Virus record (IMG/VR): IMGVR_UViG_3300021963_009993 | Span: 32,001 to 96,000 of that record | Source: a virus | DNA: 64,000 nucleotides | Direction: 5' to 3' (one strand) | Shown: in pieces, positions 26,102 to 36,004 of the stretch | Position numbering within the stretch: position 1 is the first letter of the stretch | Layout of the letters: each line of letters opens with the position of its first letter | Made by a program: the position numbers and the translations under genes | The notes under the pieces: generated by a model | Told to the model about the DNA's origin: nothing | Seen by the model: only the letters and a program-made list of their open reading frames with translations | Database searches by the model: none

Positions 26102-26729
26102 AACATGGCTTGAGAATGTTTCTACTGATGAAACTAAAGTTTCAGGTTATTCACAGGATGGCACTAGTGTTGTTCCCCAAAGTGAATGGAAGAATCTGAT
26201 AATTGATGCCATTTTTGAATTGCCTGTTGACAGGCGTTTTCAATGGTCTATACCAGTTAAAAAAATAGCTGAGGGCTCTCAGGCCAACATATACAGCACA
26301 ATAGATCCGAGAAAAGTCATAAGGATATCAAGGGAAAACAAAGAAAATGCATGTGAGAAGGCGATAAATGATCCTTTGTTACAAGCAACTGGTGGTGTCA
26401 ACAAGGTTTACGATCATATTGTCTACAACAAATACATTATTACCTTGAAGGAAAAGCTCAGGACAAATTGGTATGATATTTTGCGTAAAAAGTATTCAGG
26501 CAATAGACAAGTATGGCATCTTCTGGACAAGATTTATACATTTTATGCAACAAAAAACCTTGCTGACTTTGATGAAATACTTATTGATATGAGCAAGGTG
26601 CCAGAGATGAAGAATTTGGTGGAAGCAATCAAAGTTGGAAAGACTATTCCTTTATTTACTATGCGGGATTTGCATGATGAGAATTTTGCCTTGGATAAAG
26701 ACGATAATATAGTGATTATTGATTGTTAG
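26088..26729 (+). CDS. Tagged protein-kinase-like protein
   Basis: Starts MIDFKTWLE; IAEGSQANIY, KVIRIS, RDLHDENF, IVIIDC at the extreme C-terminus. Confidence 0.7.
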   Translation: MIDFKTWLENVSTDETKVSGYSQDGTSVVPQSEWKNLIIDAIFELPVDRRFQWSIPVKKIAEGSQANIYSTIDPRKVIRISRENKENACEKAINDPLLQATGGVNKVYDHIVYNKYIITLKEKLRTNWYDILRKKYSGNRQVWHLLDKIYTFYATKNLADFDEILIDMSKVPEMKNLVEAIKVGKTIPLFTMRDLHDENFALDKDDNIVIIDC

Positions 26730-27010
26730 ATGTTTAGGTTATTGGGGGTTGGAGGTACTTCTCTGTCCACCATGTACCACAAAACGCAGTTGTTATCGAT
26801 AAGAATATAGGGTCTTGGTTTCACGATATTGTCTGTATCTGTGAAGAAACCCAAGGGATCTGTTCCAGAGTATTGTTGAACAGTTTGAGTGTTAAAAACT
26901 ATTTGGTTTTTTAGTGGATATCTTCTAACCCAAGATGAATCTGGCAATATAACATCTACTTCAAAACCTACTGGCATTGTTATTGTTGCGAAATTTTCTT
27001 CTTGTGACAT
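26726..27010 (-). CDS. Hypothetical protein
   Basis: 94-aa ORF with AGGAG RBS. Confidence 0.55.
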   Translation of the reverse strand: MSQEENFATITMPVGFEVDVILPDSSWVRRYPLKNQIVFNTQTVQQYSGTDPLGFFTDTDNIVKPRPYILIDNNCVLWYMVDREVPPTPNNLNI

Positions 27011-27020
27011 GGGATCTCCT

Positions 27021-27206
27021 TTACTTTAAGATAGTTAATTTTTTTGAAAGTATTTGCAGGAGTTTGCCCAATCTGATCATCTCTGGTTCATTGATTATGT
27101 TTGGTTCCAATTCATTCAATTTTTCTTTGATTTCCTTGATGTTCTTTTCTATGAATTTTCTTGAATCCATAGATTTAGTTTGAAACCATTGTTTGAAGTC
27201 AAGCAT
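27021..27206 (-). CDS. Tagged small helical protein
   Basis: Starts MLDFKQWFQ; AATAAATA 4 nt before the ATG. Confidence 0.6.
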   Translation of the reverse strand: MLDFKQWFQTKSMDSRKFIEKNIKEIKEKLNELEPNIINEPEMIRLGKLLQILSKKLTILK

Positions 27207-27263
27207 GTTTTATTTATTGAGTCGTTTTTATTTTTTTGGCATCTTGTTAGTAGGAGGTATTTT

Positions 27264-27473
27264 ATGTTTTACATTTATTTTCTTTTGGGTATTTTGTGTA
27301 TTGTTGGGTTAATGCTGCTTGGTTTTGTTGGATTGATTTTAATGGATGAGAGGAAGTTTAAAAGGGAGAGGGAAGATATCGTCAAGGTTCAAGCCATTAT
27401 GAAAAAGTATGAGCATTTTGTTTCTTTGAAGAAAAAGAAGGATGAGGGTAGTAGTGTTAATTGGAGGGGATAG
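27264..27473 (+). CDS. Small membrane protein
   Basis: AGGAGG RBS; N-terminal hydrophobic helix, basic tail. Confidence 0.6.
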   Translation: MFYIYFLLGILCIVGLMLLGFVGLILMDERKFKREREDIVKVQAIMKKYEHFVSLKKKKDEGSSVNWRG

Positions 27474-27474
27474 G

Positions 27475-27502
27475 GGGGAAGCGGAAATCCGCTTCCCCTT
27501 TT
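27475..27502. terminator. Hairpin terminator between convergent genes
   Basis: GGGGAAGCGG-aaat-CCGCTTCCCC then TTTT. Confidence 0.75.
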
Positions 27503-27514
27503 GCTTATTGGAAC

Positions 27515-27970
27515 TCACTCAGACTTAAGTTGTATGCGAATTTTGTTTTTGGTGTCTTTGGGTGTGAGTTTCCAAGTCAGCGTTAAAATTCCATCGGCTA
27601 GTACAGCGTTTACTGGTTCTCCGTTGACACCTTCGGGCAATTGCACACTTCTTTCGAAGGAACTTAGTCTGATTTCCCTAGTTGTGTAGGAAGCAGTTGC
27701 AGACTGGTATTTATGTGCTGTTTTTCCGAAGATGGTTACGATGCGATTATCACCGTATTCAACTTCAAGTTCATCAGTTGTTAATCCGGGTACAGCGAAG
27801 CAGATCTTGTAGGTATCATCTTCAAAATATGTGTTTATTTTTGGATAGCCTAAGTTGCTTTTTGCCACATTGACATTCGCTCTGGTATTGAAGAAATCGT
27901 CGAAGAATTTATTGAATGTTTGTTCCAGAGGAAAGTAGAATTCATCACGCAATGGTATCATTGGTTTCAT
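27515..27970 (-). CDS. Small heat-shock protein (Hsp20/alpha-crystallin)
   Basis: YPKINTY...FAVPGL...REI...FERSVQLPE...AVLADGILTLT. Confidence 0.92.
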   Translation of the reverse strand: MKPMIPLRDEFYFPLEQTFNKFFDDFFNTRANVNVAKSNLGYPKINTYFEDDTYKICFAVPGLTTDELEVEYGDNRIVTIFGKTAHKYQSATASYTTREIRLSSFERSVQLPEGVNGEPVNAVLADGILTLTWKLTPKDTKNKIRIQLKSE

Positions 27971-28323
27971 AAATCACCTATAATTTTCATCAGGTCACAA
28001 TGACTCTGAAGGACGGTCTAAGCCTGTCAATAATATTATATGATTGTACTTTTAATTTTGTTCAATAAAATTTTGATTTTTTGTTATAGTATGTTTTTGT
28101 GGAGAATAGATAGATGAACATGATAAGACGAGTTTGGTCGGAATCTAGCAGTAGTTGTTGGCAAGAGCGTGGTGTGCATCATTCTATTAAATCTTTTTGT
28201 ACATTTAATAAATCTAGAAATTTCACTTCGCTGACACAATTTTACAGCAAGTCTTTTCACAGATTTTGGCTTTCCATGTGTTGGGAAAGCTGGATGGAAA
28301 GCTGTAAGAGGAGTGAATGTTGG

Positions 28324-29340
28324 TCAAGTGATGTTTAGGTTATTCAAGAATATTTCCATGAAATTTTTAATATCTTTCGTATTTTTTTCTTTTACACTTA
28401 CTGGATCATACTTTTCAAAGTTCTTTTGATTAATGTCATTGTTTTTGTAGAAAAATTTTTCCAAGCTATTATCTTTCATGAAGTAATAACATTTATCTTC
28501 GCCGTAATCATAAACATTTATGTAGTAGACTGGTATTCCTTCGGATATGCCAAATACTAATGGATGAAATCTTCCCATCGAAAAGACAAAATCTGATTCA
28601 GCAATTATTCCTTTGACTTTTTTTGGTTCCCAATGATGATTGATAATATCATGATCTTTAAAGAATTCTTTTGCCACACTAACATCAGCATTATCAAATG
28701 GTAATATTTTTAGTTTTGTTTTATTTTCTCTGCAAAATATGAGTATTTTGGTTATCCATTCCTTAATTTTATTTTTATATACTTCATCTTCAAATTTTCC
28801 ATCATGTCTGATTGTAATCAAAGAAAATTTATCATCTTTATTTTCGTATTTTTCTTTATCAAGTAAAAAAGCCAAATCGGGTATTAGATGAGATTTAATA
28901 TTTAATTTATCTAAGTTTGATTTTGAGTGTGAATCTCTTACTGCAATTAAGTCAAATAGATTGAAGAATTCCTTGTTTATTTTTTCAAGATTCTTATTTT
29001 CTGTGAATTCATCGTGTGTTGCAACGCCTATATAATATGTTTTTTTATTTCTAAGTTTTGCATGAAGAAGTTGACTTAACCCGAAACCTAATCCCAGACC
29101 TCCTCCACCAAGTATGTATGCATGGACATCTTCATCGCAAAAAATGGAATTATTTGTTTCCCATATTATTTTGTTTTTTGAATATATTTCATAATTGTTA
29201 AAATATTGATGACAGTTCAAGTAATGTTCTAAGCATATTATTTTTTCATAATTTTGCAAAAGGTCTACCCAGACATTCAATATTGCCTCATCACCACAAT
29301 TACCTTTTCCATAAAAGCCATTTAAAATTATTTTTTTCAT
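28324..29340 (-). CDS. Polysaccharide pyruvyl transferase family protein
   Basis: Likely start MKKIILNGFYGKGNCGDEAIL at 29340; GGGG; AVRD; PDLAF; GRFHPLVFG. Confidence 0.85.
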   Translation of the reverse strand: MKKIILNGFYGKGNCGDEAILNVWVDLLQNYEKIICLEHYLNCHQYFNNYEIYSKNKIIWETNNSIFCDEDVHAYILGGGGLGLGFGLSQLLHAKLRNKKTYYIGVATHDEFTENKNLEKINKEFFNLFDLIAVRDSHSKSNLDKLNIKSHLIPDLAFLLDKEKYENKDDKFSLITIRHDGKFEDEVYKNKIKEWITKILIFCRENKTKLKILPFDNADVSVAKEFFKDHDIINHHWEPKKVKGIIAESDFVFSMGRFHPLVFGISEGIPVYYINVYDYGEDKCYYFMKDNSLEKFFYKNNDINQKNFEKYDPVSVKEKNTKDIKNFMEIFLNNLNIT

Positions 29341-29375
29341 TGCATTTATTAAAGTAATTATCAATAAATAATAAA

Positions 29376-30455
29376 ATGAGAATAAATGTAAACAAACCTT
29401 GGATTCCAAATATAGAAGAATATTTCGATTATTTGGAAATGATATGGAAGAATAATATTCTTACAAATTGTGGTCCTTTACATGAAGAGTTTGAAAAGAA
29501 GATAATTCAATATTTAGATATAAAAAATGGTATATTAATTAACAATTGTACAAATGGATTGTTGATGGCATTAAGCAAATATGAATGTGGTGATGAAATA
29601 ATAACAACCCCATTTTCATTTGCAGCAACAGCTAGTACTATAAGCTGGTCGAAGTTAAAACCAATTTTCTGTGATATAGATGAAAATAATCTTTTTATAA
29701 ATACAAATTCTATAGAGAATATGATTTCCAAAAATACCAAAGCTGTTTTGGCAACACACATATACGGGAATACAGGAGATATAGATCATTTGGAGAATGT
29801 GTGCAAGTATCACAAAATAGATTTACTGTTTGATGCAGCACATGCATTTGGAGTTTTGTACAAGAATAAATCAATAATGAATTATGGTGATGTTTCTATA
29901 TTGAGTTTCCATGCAACCAAAGTTTTTCACAGTATTGAAGGTGGAATTATATCTTGCAAAGAAAATAGTGTTGAAGAAACAATGAGATTGAAAAGAAATT
30001 TTGGATACAAGGATTTTGACATAGTGGAAACTGGGATCAATTCAAAAATGTCTGAATTTCATGCAGCTATGGGTTTATGTTGTTTGAAACATATAGATGA
30101 AATAATAACCAAGCGAAAAACCATATCTGACTATTACGATTTGCATTTTAAAAATAGTTTTGAAAATAATTCATTTAAAAAACCGGAACATAATTTGAAT
30201 TGTACAAAAAACTATTCTTATTATCCATTAATATTTAATGACGAAGAATGTTTGACACGAATATTGAAAGAAATGAATGGAAGAAACATATATCCAAGGA
30301 GATATTTTAATCCTTCTTTGGATGAAATTTTTGGAAATGATATTTGTCCTATTTCCAGATCAACATGCAAAAGAATAGTTTGCTTGCCACTTTACTATGA
30401 TCTTGATTATGAGACATGCGATAATATAATAAATATTATAAATAAAAATCTATAA
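29376..30455 (+). CDS. DegT/DnrJ/EryC1/StrS-family NDP-sugar aminotransferase
   Basis: NCTNGL, TTPFSFAAT, DAAHAFG, SFHATKVF, NSKMSEFHAAMG. Confidence 0.93.
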   Translation: MRINVNKPWIPNIEEYFDYLEMIWKNNILTNCGPLHEEFEKKIIQYLDIKNGILINNCTNGLLMALSKYECGDEIITTPFSFAATASTISWSKLKPIFCDIDENNLFINTNSIENMISKNTKAVLATHIYGNTGDIDHLENVCKYHKIDLLFDAAHAFGVLYKNKSIMNYGDVSILSFHATKVFHSIEGGIISCKENSVEETMRLKRNFGYKDFDIVETGINSKMSEFHAAMGLCCLKHIDEIITKRKTISDYYDLHFKNSFENNSFKKPEHNLNCTKNYSYYPLIFNDEECLTRILKEMNGRNIYPRRYFNPSLDEIFGNDICPISRSTCKRIVCLPLYYDLDYETCDNIINIINKNL

Positions 30456-31073
30456 TTTTCTTATTCCTTTTCTGTATCCATCAATTATTACTTGGCAATA
30501 TCCATCGAAAATTTCAATAAAATAATCTATGGATATCTTAGGTCTTAAAGTTGGTTTGAAATGCATATTCCAAAGATAATCATCAAAAATCATAATTCCA
30601 TTTTTTTTAAGAAGCTGCCATGACATTACTGCATCCATAAGTACATATGGTGCCACATGATTGCCATCTACATAAATCATATCATATTTTTTATTTTCAC
30701 AAATTAATTGAGGTAAAATAACATTTGAAAGTCCTTGTTTTACTATTACTTTATTTGATTTACCTGTTTGTTCGATATTGTGCAAAAATGTATTTTTTAT
30801 TTTTTTTGTTCCGAATTTCCATTCTACATTTTCTTTATCATATGATTCTAAACTATCTTCTTTCTGAGAGTAATCAAGCCAAGGATCAACACATGTTATA
30901 GTAGACTTTTCATTTAGTAGTAAATTTTCAATAAACCAAATCGTACTTTTACCTTCAAAACATCCTATTTCAAGTATATGAAATTCTTCTTTTTCATTTA
31001 TATTTGAATATTTCATTATTTCTAAAGCACTATCATGACTCCCAAACCAATCTGCTGTAAAAGTATAGGTCAT
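30450..31073 (-). CDS. Class I SAM-dependent methyltransferase
   Basis: LEIGCFEGKST, YVDGNH, IFDDYLW. Confidence 0.88.
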   Translation of the reverse strand: MTYTFTADWFGSHDSALEIMKYSNINEKEEFHILEIGCFEGKSTIWFIENLLLNEKSTITCVDPWLDYSQKEDSLESYDKENVEWKFGTKKIKNTFLHNIEQTGKSNKVIVKQGLSNVILPQLICENKKYDMIYVDGNHVAPYVLMDAVMSWQLLKKNGIMIFDDYLWNMHFKPTLRPKISIDYFIEIFDGYCQVIIDGYRKGIRKL

Positions 31074-31081
31074 TTCTACCT

Positions 31082-32257
31082 CTATTTAAGGAAATCTTCT
31101 TCATACCATGAGTTATTAAGTATAGTTACTTTTTCTTGAAAATTTTTGTTCTCAATAGCCAATTTTATTTTTTCTAAATTTCTTCCTAGCTTATAATCTC
31201 CTTTTCCAATTCCAACAGATGCTTTAATTCTTGAAAAAGGTATTTTCTCATACCAATGATATGTCTCTGATACCAAATTGCATTTGTTGCAATAATATCT
31301 GATAATTCCATGTTGTTTGTCTAATTTTGGATTATTAATCTTACTTATGTAATCGTCGTATTTTGTTACAGATAATTGTTGGTATTGACCTTCTTTTATT
31401 TTATCGACAACATAATTTGTATGTTGCAGATCATTGAAGCCACCTTGATTATGACAACAATTTAGATGCTTTTGGTTGACATTATAATCGATAGGTATGT
31501 TTGAGGTTCCAAAATAATTACCTTTTTGATGCATGGTACGAAACATAACATTTTCTATTTTTGGAACATTGAATGGTTTGTTTTTTAACTTATAAAAATT
31601 CTCTAATCTTCTTTCCAAATCCAAATCAGCATAATGTTTAGTGTTTGTTGCTAGTTCATCGATACCATTAATTTCTATAAGCAAGTTTTTTGAAATGCAC
31701 CAATGTCCCCATATCCCTTCGGGAGGATTTTTAATACTTGTTTTTTCTTTTAATTCAGGCATCATACCTGTTTGAAGCATTTTTTGTGCTTGATCAAACT
31801 GTATTATTTTTTCATAGTTATTAATATTGTATGTAATTAAATCTTCTTCTTTAGGTATGCAAAGCTGCCATTTCAAACCAATATAATCATATTGGTGGAA
31901 TGAATTTAATACATCTAGAATATTTCTATTTACAAATCTCCAGTCTTGAAAAGTGATTATTGTTTCTGAGCTTGCCATCAAAATTCCATGATTTAATATT
32001 GCATAATCGAATGATTTTGGAACTTTTGTATTTGGCACATATGGAAAATGAATTATATTATATTTTTGTTTTTTGGCATATTCTGATAACCATTTTCTTT
32101 TAGAGTAATGTGGGTCTGGTATTATTACTTCAAAAGAATGACTGGTTATAAATGACAAATTATTTAATTGACTTTTCATAAGCCAGTCGTCTTCCATGCA
32201 ATAAAATGGTGCCATAATAAAACTGTATTTTGGCTTTGAAACTTCATGGCAAATCAT
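31082..32257 (-). CDS. GT-A (family 2-like) glycosyltransferase
   Basis: FEVIIPD, LNHGILMASSETIITFQD, INGIDE, ADLDLERRL. Confidence 0.6.
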   Translation of the reverse strand: MICHEVSKPKYSFIMAPFYCMEDDWLMKSQLNNLSFITSHSFEVIIPDPHYSKRKWLSEYAKKQKYNIIHFPYVPNTKVPKSFDYAILNHGILMASSETIITFQDWRFVNRNILDVLNSFHQYDYIGLKWQLCIPKEEDLITYNINNYEKIIQFDQAQKMLQTGMMPELKEKTSIKNPPEGIWGHWCISKNLLIEINGIDELATNTKHYADLDLERRLENFYKLKNKPFNVPKIENVMFRTMHQKGNYFGTSNIPIDYNVNQKHLNCCHNQGGFNDLQHTNYVVDKIKEGQYQQLSVTKYDDYISKINNPKLDKQHGIIRYYCNKCNLVSETYHWYEKIPFSRIKASVGIGKGDYKLGRNLEKIKLAIENKNFQEKVTILNNSWYEEDFLK

Positions 32258-32834
32258 AATTTTTTATTCTCCTACATGGGCAACCTACATATATTCCACT
32301 CTCAGTAATGTTTTTAACAGCACATGAATTCATACCAAGAAAAACATCATTTTCTGTTTCTACTTTTTCTTTAATTGCAGAGTTGTTACCAATGTAGTTA
32401 TTGTTTCCTATTTTGCAATTGCCAGAGACAATAGAACCGGGCATCATACTCAAAAAATTACCACAAACAGAATCGTGTCCTATTTGAGAAACCCTACTTA
32501 AGAGCGAATGTTCACCAATAGAAACATTATTTGTTATGATGCAGTATGGGCCTATGTAGCTACCTTTTCCTATTGTGGAACCCTTGGAAATAATTGCAGT
32601 TGGATGAATATAAGTAAAGAATTCAAAATGTTGAATTTTATTAGCTATTTTTTCTCTAAGCTTTGAATCGCCTAGTCCTATTAAAATTTGATATTCTTTT
32701 GGACTAATGTCTTTTAAAGTCAAATTATCTTTTGTTTTATATTCTTCATCAACGATGAAAACACAATCTATTTGCATTACACTTGCTATTTCTTTTGCAT
32801 GGCCTCCACTACCAAATATTGCATACTTTTTCAT
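32244..32834 (-). CDS. NeuD/PglD-type sugar acetyltransferase (hexapeptide repeats)
   Basis: IFGSGGHAKE, IGLGDSKLR, IHPTA, hexapeptide repeats, YVGCP. Confidence 0.9.
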   Translation of the reverse strand: MKKYAIFGSGGHAKEIASVMQIDCVFIVDEEYKTKDNLTLKDISPKEYQILIGLGDSKLREKIANKIQHFEFFTYIHPTAIISKGSTIGKGSYIGPYCIITNNVSIGEHSLLSRVSQIGHDSVCGNFLSMMPGSIVSGNCKIGNNNYIGNNSAIKEKVETENDVFLGMNSCAVKNITESGIYVGCPCRRIKNYDLP

Positions 32835-33439
32835 AATTTTAAATCATACCCCAAAAGTTTAAAATCCAAGTAATAAATGTCTGCTACTTTTTGCTTCAAC
32901 TTTCTGTCGTAATAAGCCTCATAGAAATCATGAGTTGATTTGTTTTTGAATTCATTTGTATTTTTTATGTTAAATTTTTCTTCAATCATATCAAAACAAT
33001 CTTTAATATTTTCAAATTTAAATATATTCACATTAGAAAGAATGAAATTTGATTGAGGAATAAAATGGCTTTTTATGGAATGCTTCTCGCCCATTATTTT
33101 ATCAAAATTTTTATATAAGAAATCAATGTATTCATCAAATTTTAATTGACTGCAATCTACGATTCTTATATCATTTGATTCTTTTTTGAAGAAGTATTCA
33201 GATACCAATCTATCATATGGATTTCTAACTATTGCAAATTTATAAAACAACTCATATCGTTTTTCATTTTTCAATTTTACCATGTGGGCAGTAGCATGAT
33301 CCCATTCGATGTTGCCATCATTTTCATACAAAGCATCAGTCTTTTTGTACTTTTTAACATTAAACATATGGTTAATAGTAGTACCAGCTGTTTTTGGTAT
33401 GTGTATGAATATACAACTATTATCAAAAAAAACAGGCAT
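32831..33439 (-). CDS. Sulfotransferase family 2 protein
   Basis: FIHIPKTAGTT (5'-PSB), VRNPYDRLVSEY (3'-PB), HFIPQ. Confidence 0.88.
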   Translation of the reverse strand: MPVFFDNSCIFIHIPKTAGTTINHMFNVKKYKKTDALYENDGNIEWDHATAHMVKLKNEKRYELFYKFAIVRNPYDRLVSEYFFKKESNDIRIVDCSQLKFDEYIDFLYKNFDKIMGEKHSIKSHFIPQSNFILSNVNIFKFENIKDCFDMIEEKFNIKNTNEFKNKSTHDFYEAYYDRKLKQKVADIYYLDFKLLGYDLKL

Positions 33440-33440
33440 T

Positions 33441-34580
33441 TCAAACCTTTTCTGTGGTATTTAAAAGATTTTCAATATCTGTTTCCATAATTTTTACAGC
33501 AGAATCATTATCTCCATAACTTATGATTATCTTGTCTTTATTTTCATCATAGATCATTCCACAAGGAAAATTGCAAAGTATTTCACCATGTTTTCTGTAG
33601 TGTGGTTCTGTTGCTGCTTCAGCTGGCAAATATGTTCTTGTTGGAAATCTTAAAACCTTAAACGGTGGTTTTCCTTCAAAAACATAACATCCATTATCAT
33701 AGAAAAAAGTATTTTCTATTATTTGAGCCGTATGAAATGTATTTAAGAAATTTCCATCCTTCATTCTTATGGGGTTTGTATTGCCTCTGAAGAACTCTTT
33801 CATAAACCAATTGCTTTGCCAAGGTGCTTTGGATACCAATTCTATTGCTTCATCTTCAAAATCATTCATTTTCCATATTTTTTGTGAATTTATTTCACTT
33901 ATAAAATGCACCTTGTCTTCATACAAAAAAGGAACCCAGTTTTTTTGTCTTGAACCAATATTTTCTGGGGATATTCTAAATTGATCACCAAGAAAAAATT
34001 CCTCTTTATCAGCATCCATTATTATTCTGCCAGCAATATATTCTTTAGTATGATTTCCAAAATGATGCGAGTAAATCAAAAGTAGCTTATTTTCTACTGT
34101 CCAAATTAATCTTGGATCTGTGGTATCTCTCATTTCAAAATCAAAAAAAGATGTGTCTATCGGTTTATATTTTTCATTTAAAAAACAACCTTGGAATGTT
34201 TGTTCTGTGTTTCTATAAACACATATTATTTTATCTGATTTCTTGGATTTTACTATTGCACCGTTGAAACAACCTTCTTGTTTTAAATCGAGTCTATAAA
34301 AATTAGCTCCAACTGTTGTGATAAGATTCTTGGCAGGTCTAAGATTTAATTTTAATTCAAGATTGCTTGGAGTATTAATATAGAATTTTTGGAAATTAAT
34401 ATTTTTGTTAGTAGTTCTTTTTTTATCTATTCTTACAATTTTATCTTCATTTTCAGGAATAAAAGTTTCTTGATTTGGTTTTACAACAACATTTCTCTGA
34501 TTTCTTATATAAATCTGCATGTTTTTATTGTTGTTTGTGTCTTGTAGGTTTACAAAACCACCAGTTCTTCTTCTATACAT
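33441..34580 (-). CDS. Beta-propeller glycosidase/phosphorylase-like protein (GH130/DUF377-like)
   Basis: DPRL, QKNWVPF, RGNT, FPCGM, ISYGDND. Confidence 0.6.
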   Translation of the reverse strand: MYRRRTGGFVNLQDTNNNKNMQIYIRNQRNVVVKPNQETFIPENEDKIVRIDKKRTTNKNINFQKFYINTPSNLELKLNLRPAKNLITTVGANFYRLDLKQEGCFNGAIVKSKKSDKIICVYRNTEQTFQGCFLNEKYKPIDTSFFDFEMRDTTDPRLIWTVENKLLLIYSHHFGNHTKEYIAGRIIMDADKEEFFLGDQFRISPENIGSRQKNWVPFLYEDKVHFISEINSQKIWKMNDFEDEAIELVSKAPWQSNWFMKEFFRGNTNPIRMKDGNFLNTFHTAQIIENTFFYDNGCYVFEGKPPFKVLRFPTRTYLPAEAATEPHYRKHGEILCNFPCGMIYDENKDKIIISYGDNDSAVKIMETDIENLLNTTEKV

Positions 34581-34697
34581 ATTACATCTCTTATTTTTAA
34601 TTGTGTTGTGATATTCATTATATAATATAAAATAGTTTTTATATATAATTTTAAATCAGGAAAAAGAGAGAATGTTGAATTTTTTAAAAGGAATACT

Positions 34698-34919
34698 ATG
34701 ATTCAGCTAAATCCTCCTATTCCATTAGAGACACCGAAGGGAAGTGGTTTTGCTCACTTCTTGATTGATTATTCCCAAGAACATCATCTGGCATGGGTAG
34801 TTTTTATCAATGAAACTGGGGAGTGTTGGACATTCCAAAACCCAGAAATAAGAATGAGTCCTAACAGAACATTGAATCGTTATTCTGTTTCACCATTCAA
34901 AAATTTAGATGCCAAATAA
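34698..34919 (+). CDS. Small phage hypothetical protein
   Basis: MIQLNPPIPLETPKG...IDYSQEH...WVVF...TGECWT. Confidence 0.7.
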   Translation: MIQLNPPIPLETPKGSGFAHFLIDYSQEHHLAWVVFINETGECWTFQNPEIRMSPNRTLNRYSVSPFKNLDAK

Positions 34920-35144
34920 TTTGTCTATATTCCATTTCATACTTTTTCCAAATCCATCATGAAGTGAAAATACAACTTGTTTATTTGTAATGGTATTTTT
35001 TATGATTAATTCTTTGTCAGTTGTCTTCATTCCATACTCGAACTGTTTGATACCATTTTCTTTTAAATATTTTTCAATATTCTCTTCTAAATTTGACATA
35101 AGTACATTTTCTTGAAAGTCTAACCAATCAACAAATTTTTTCAT
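34905..35144 (-). CDS. Tagged small protein
   Basis: Starts MKKFVDWLDFQE. Confidence 0.65.
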   Translation of the reverse strand: MKKFVDWLDFQENVLMSNLEENIEKYLKENGIKQFEYGMKTTDKELIIKNTITNKQVVFSLHDGFGKSMKWNIDKLFGI

Positions 35145-35401
35145 TTTTTTTCCTCATGGTTAACAGTAAGTGCTGTGATTAAGCCAGCAACAAGAAACCC
35201 ACTCATCATTGATGTTTTGCATGCTGTGTTGACAATTTCTTGTGGGCAGAAACAAATAGCCAAAGAACAGCTTAAGACAGAAAGAACTCTTTTATATTTC
35301 TTGTGTTTTCTGGTCAGGCATCCTACTAGGACACCCAATCCCATGCCTAAAGCATAACAGCAAAACAATACAATTATTACAACTATGGCAAGACTTTCCA
35401 C
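35141..35401 (-). CDS. Small membrane protein
   Basis: Two to three hydrophobic segments. Confidence 0.5.
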   Translation of the reverse strand: MESLAIVVIIVLFCCYALGMGLGVLVGCLTRKHKKYKRVLSVLSCSLAICFCPQEIVNTACKTSMMSGFLVAGLITALTVNHEEKK

Positions 35402-35403
35402 GC

Positions 35404-35697
35404 TTAAACCTTTTCAAAAATATAAGTTGTTCCTTGATCGTTTATTGAAATCCATAATATTTCTTTATTGTTTTCATTCATAGATTTGCCAGCAGACATT
35501 TCAGAAATGCCAGCAAATTGATGTTTGAAATTTTCAGGAACAATTTTCAATGCGTATTTCAAATCCAACAGATCACTATTTTCCTTAAGGTCTGGTATGT
35601 TTTCTGTGTCGTAGGTTCCAACAAATTCATAACCACTTGTATTTTCTATACCTTGGGCTGTGTTTCTGAAGCTCATCCATTCATTAAATTTTTGCAT
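35404..35697 (-). CDS. Tagged small protein
   Basis: Likely start MQKFNEWMSF at 35697 after GAGGTG RBS. Confidence 0.6.
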   Translation of the reverse strand: MQKFNEWMSFRNTAQGIENTSGYEFVGTYDTENIPDLKENSDLLDLKYALKIVPENFKHQFAGISEMSAGKSMNENNKEILWISINDQGTTYIFEKV

Positions 35698-35758
35698 ATA
35701 CACCTCAAAAATATATATTTTAACTAACTTAAAAATACTAAACCCAAAGGAGAATATT

Positions 35759-36004
35759 ATGGCAGAAGGTTTGAAGGGCAATGTCATCAAGGCTAAAAGA
35801 ATTGCTGACATGCAGAAAGTTTTAAATAAGCTGGCACATCCAAAGGCTGCTGCAAGCTACAATCATGTAAGAGTACAGGTTGATGGAAACAAGGAAATCC
35901 ATCTTCTTTTTACTGACGCAGAAGTAAAAAGGGCTATGGAAAGGGCACAAAAGAATCCAGAAGATTGTCCTAAAGTTTCAATCTTCCGTGATATTTTCGA
36001 TTGA
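35759..36004 (+). CDS. Hypothetical protein
   Basis: AAGGAG RBS before ATG 35759. Confidence 0.6.
   Translation: MAEGLKGNVIKAKRIADMQKVLNKLAHPKAAASYNHVRVQVDGNKEIHLLFTDAEVKRAMERAQKNPEDCPKVSIFRDIFD

Noticed and set aside
28035-28065. Sigma70 promoter for hsp20 (TTGAAC...TATAAT on -)
   Set aside because: The spacer is 19 nt, too long for a confident call; no CIRCE or sigma32 box seen.
28114-28338. 74-aa + ORF upstream of hsp20
   Set aside because: Ser/Trp/Cys-rich with atypical composition and no motif. It could be a real small gene or an RNA, but I cannot support either; I found no tRNA or tmRNA hallmarks.
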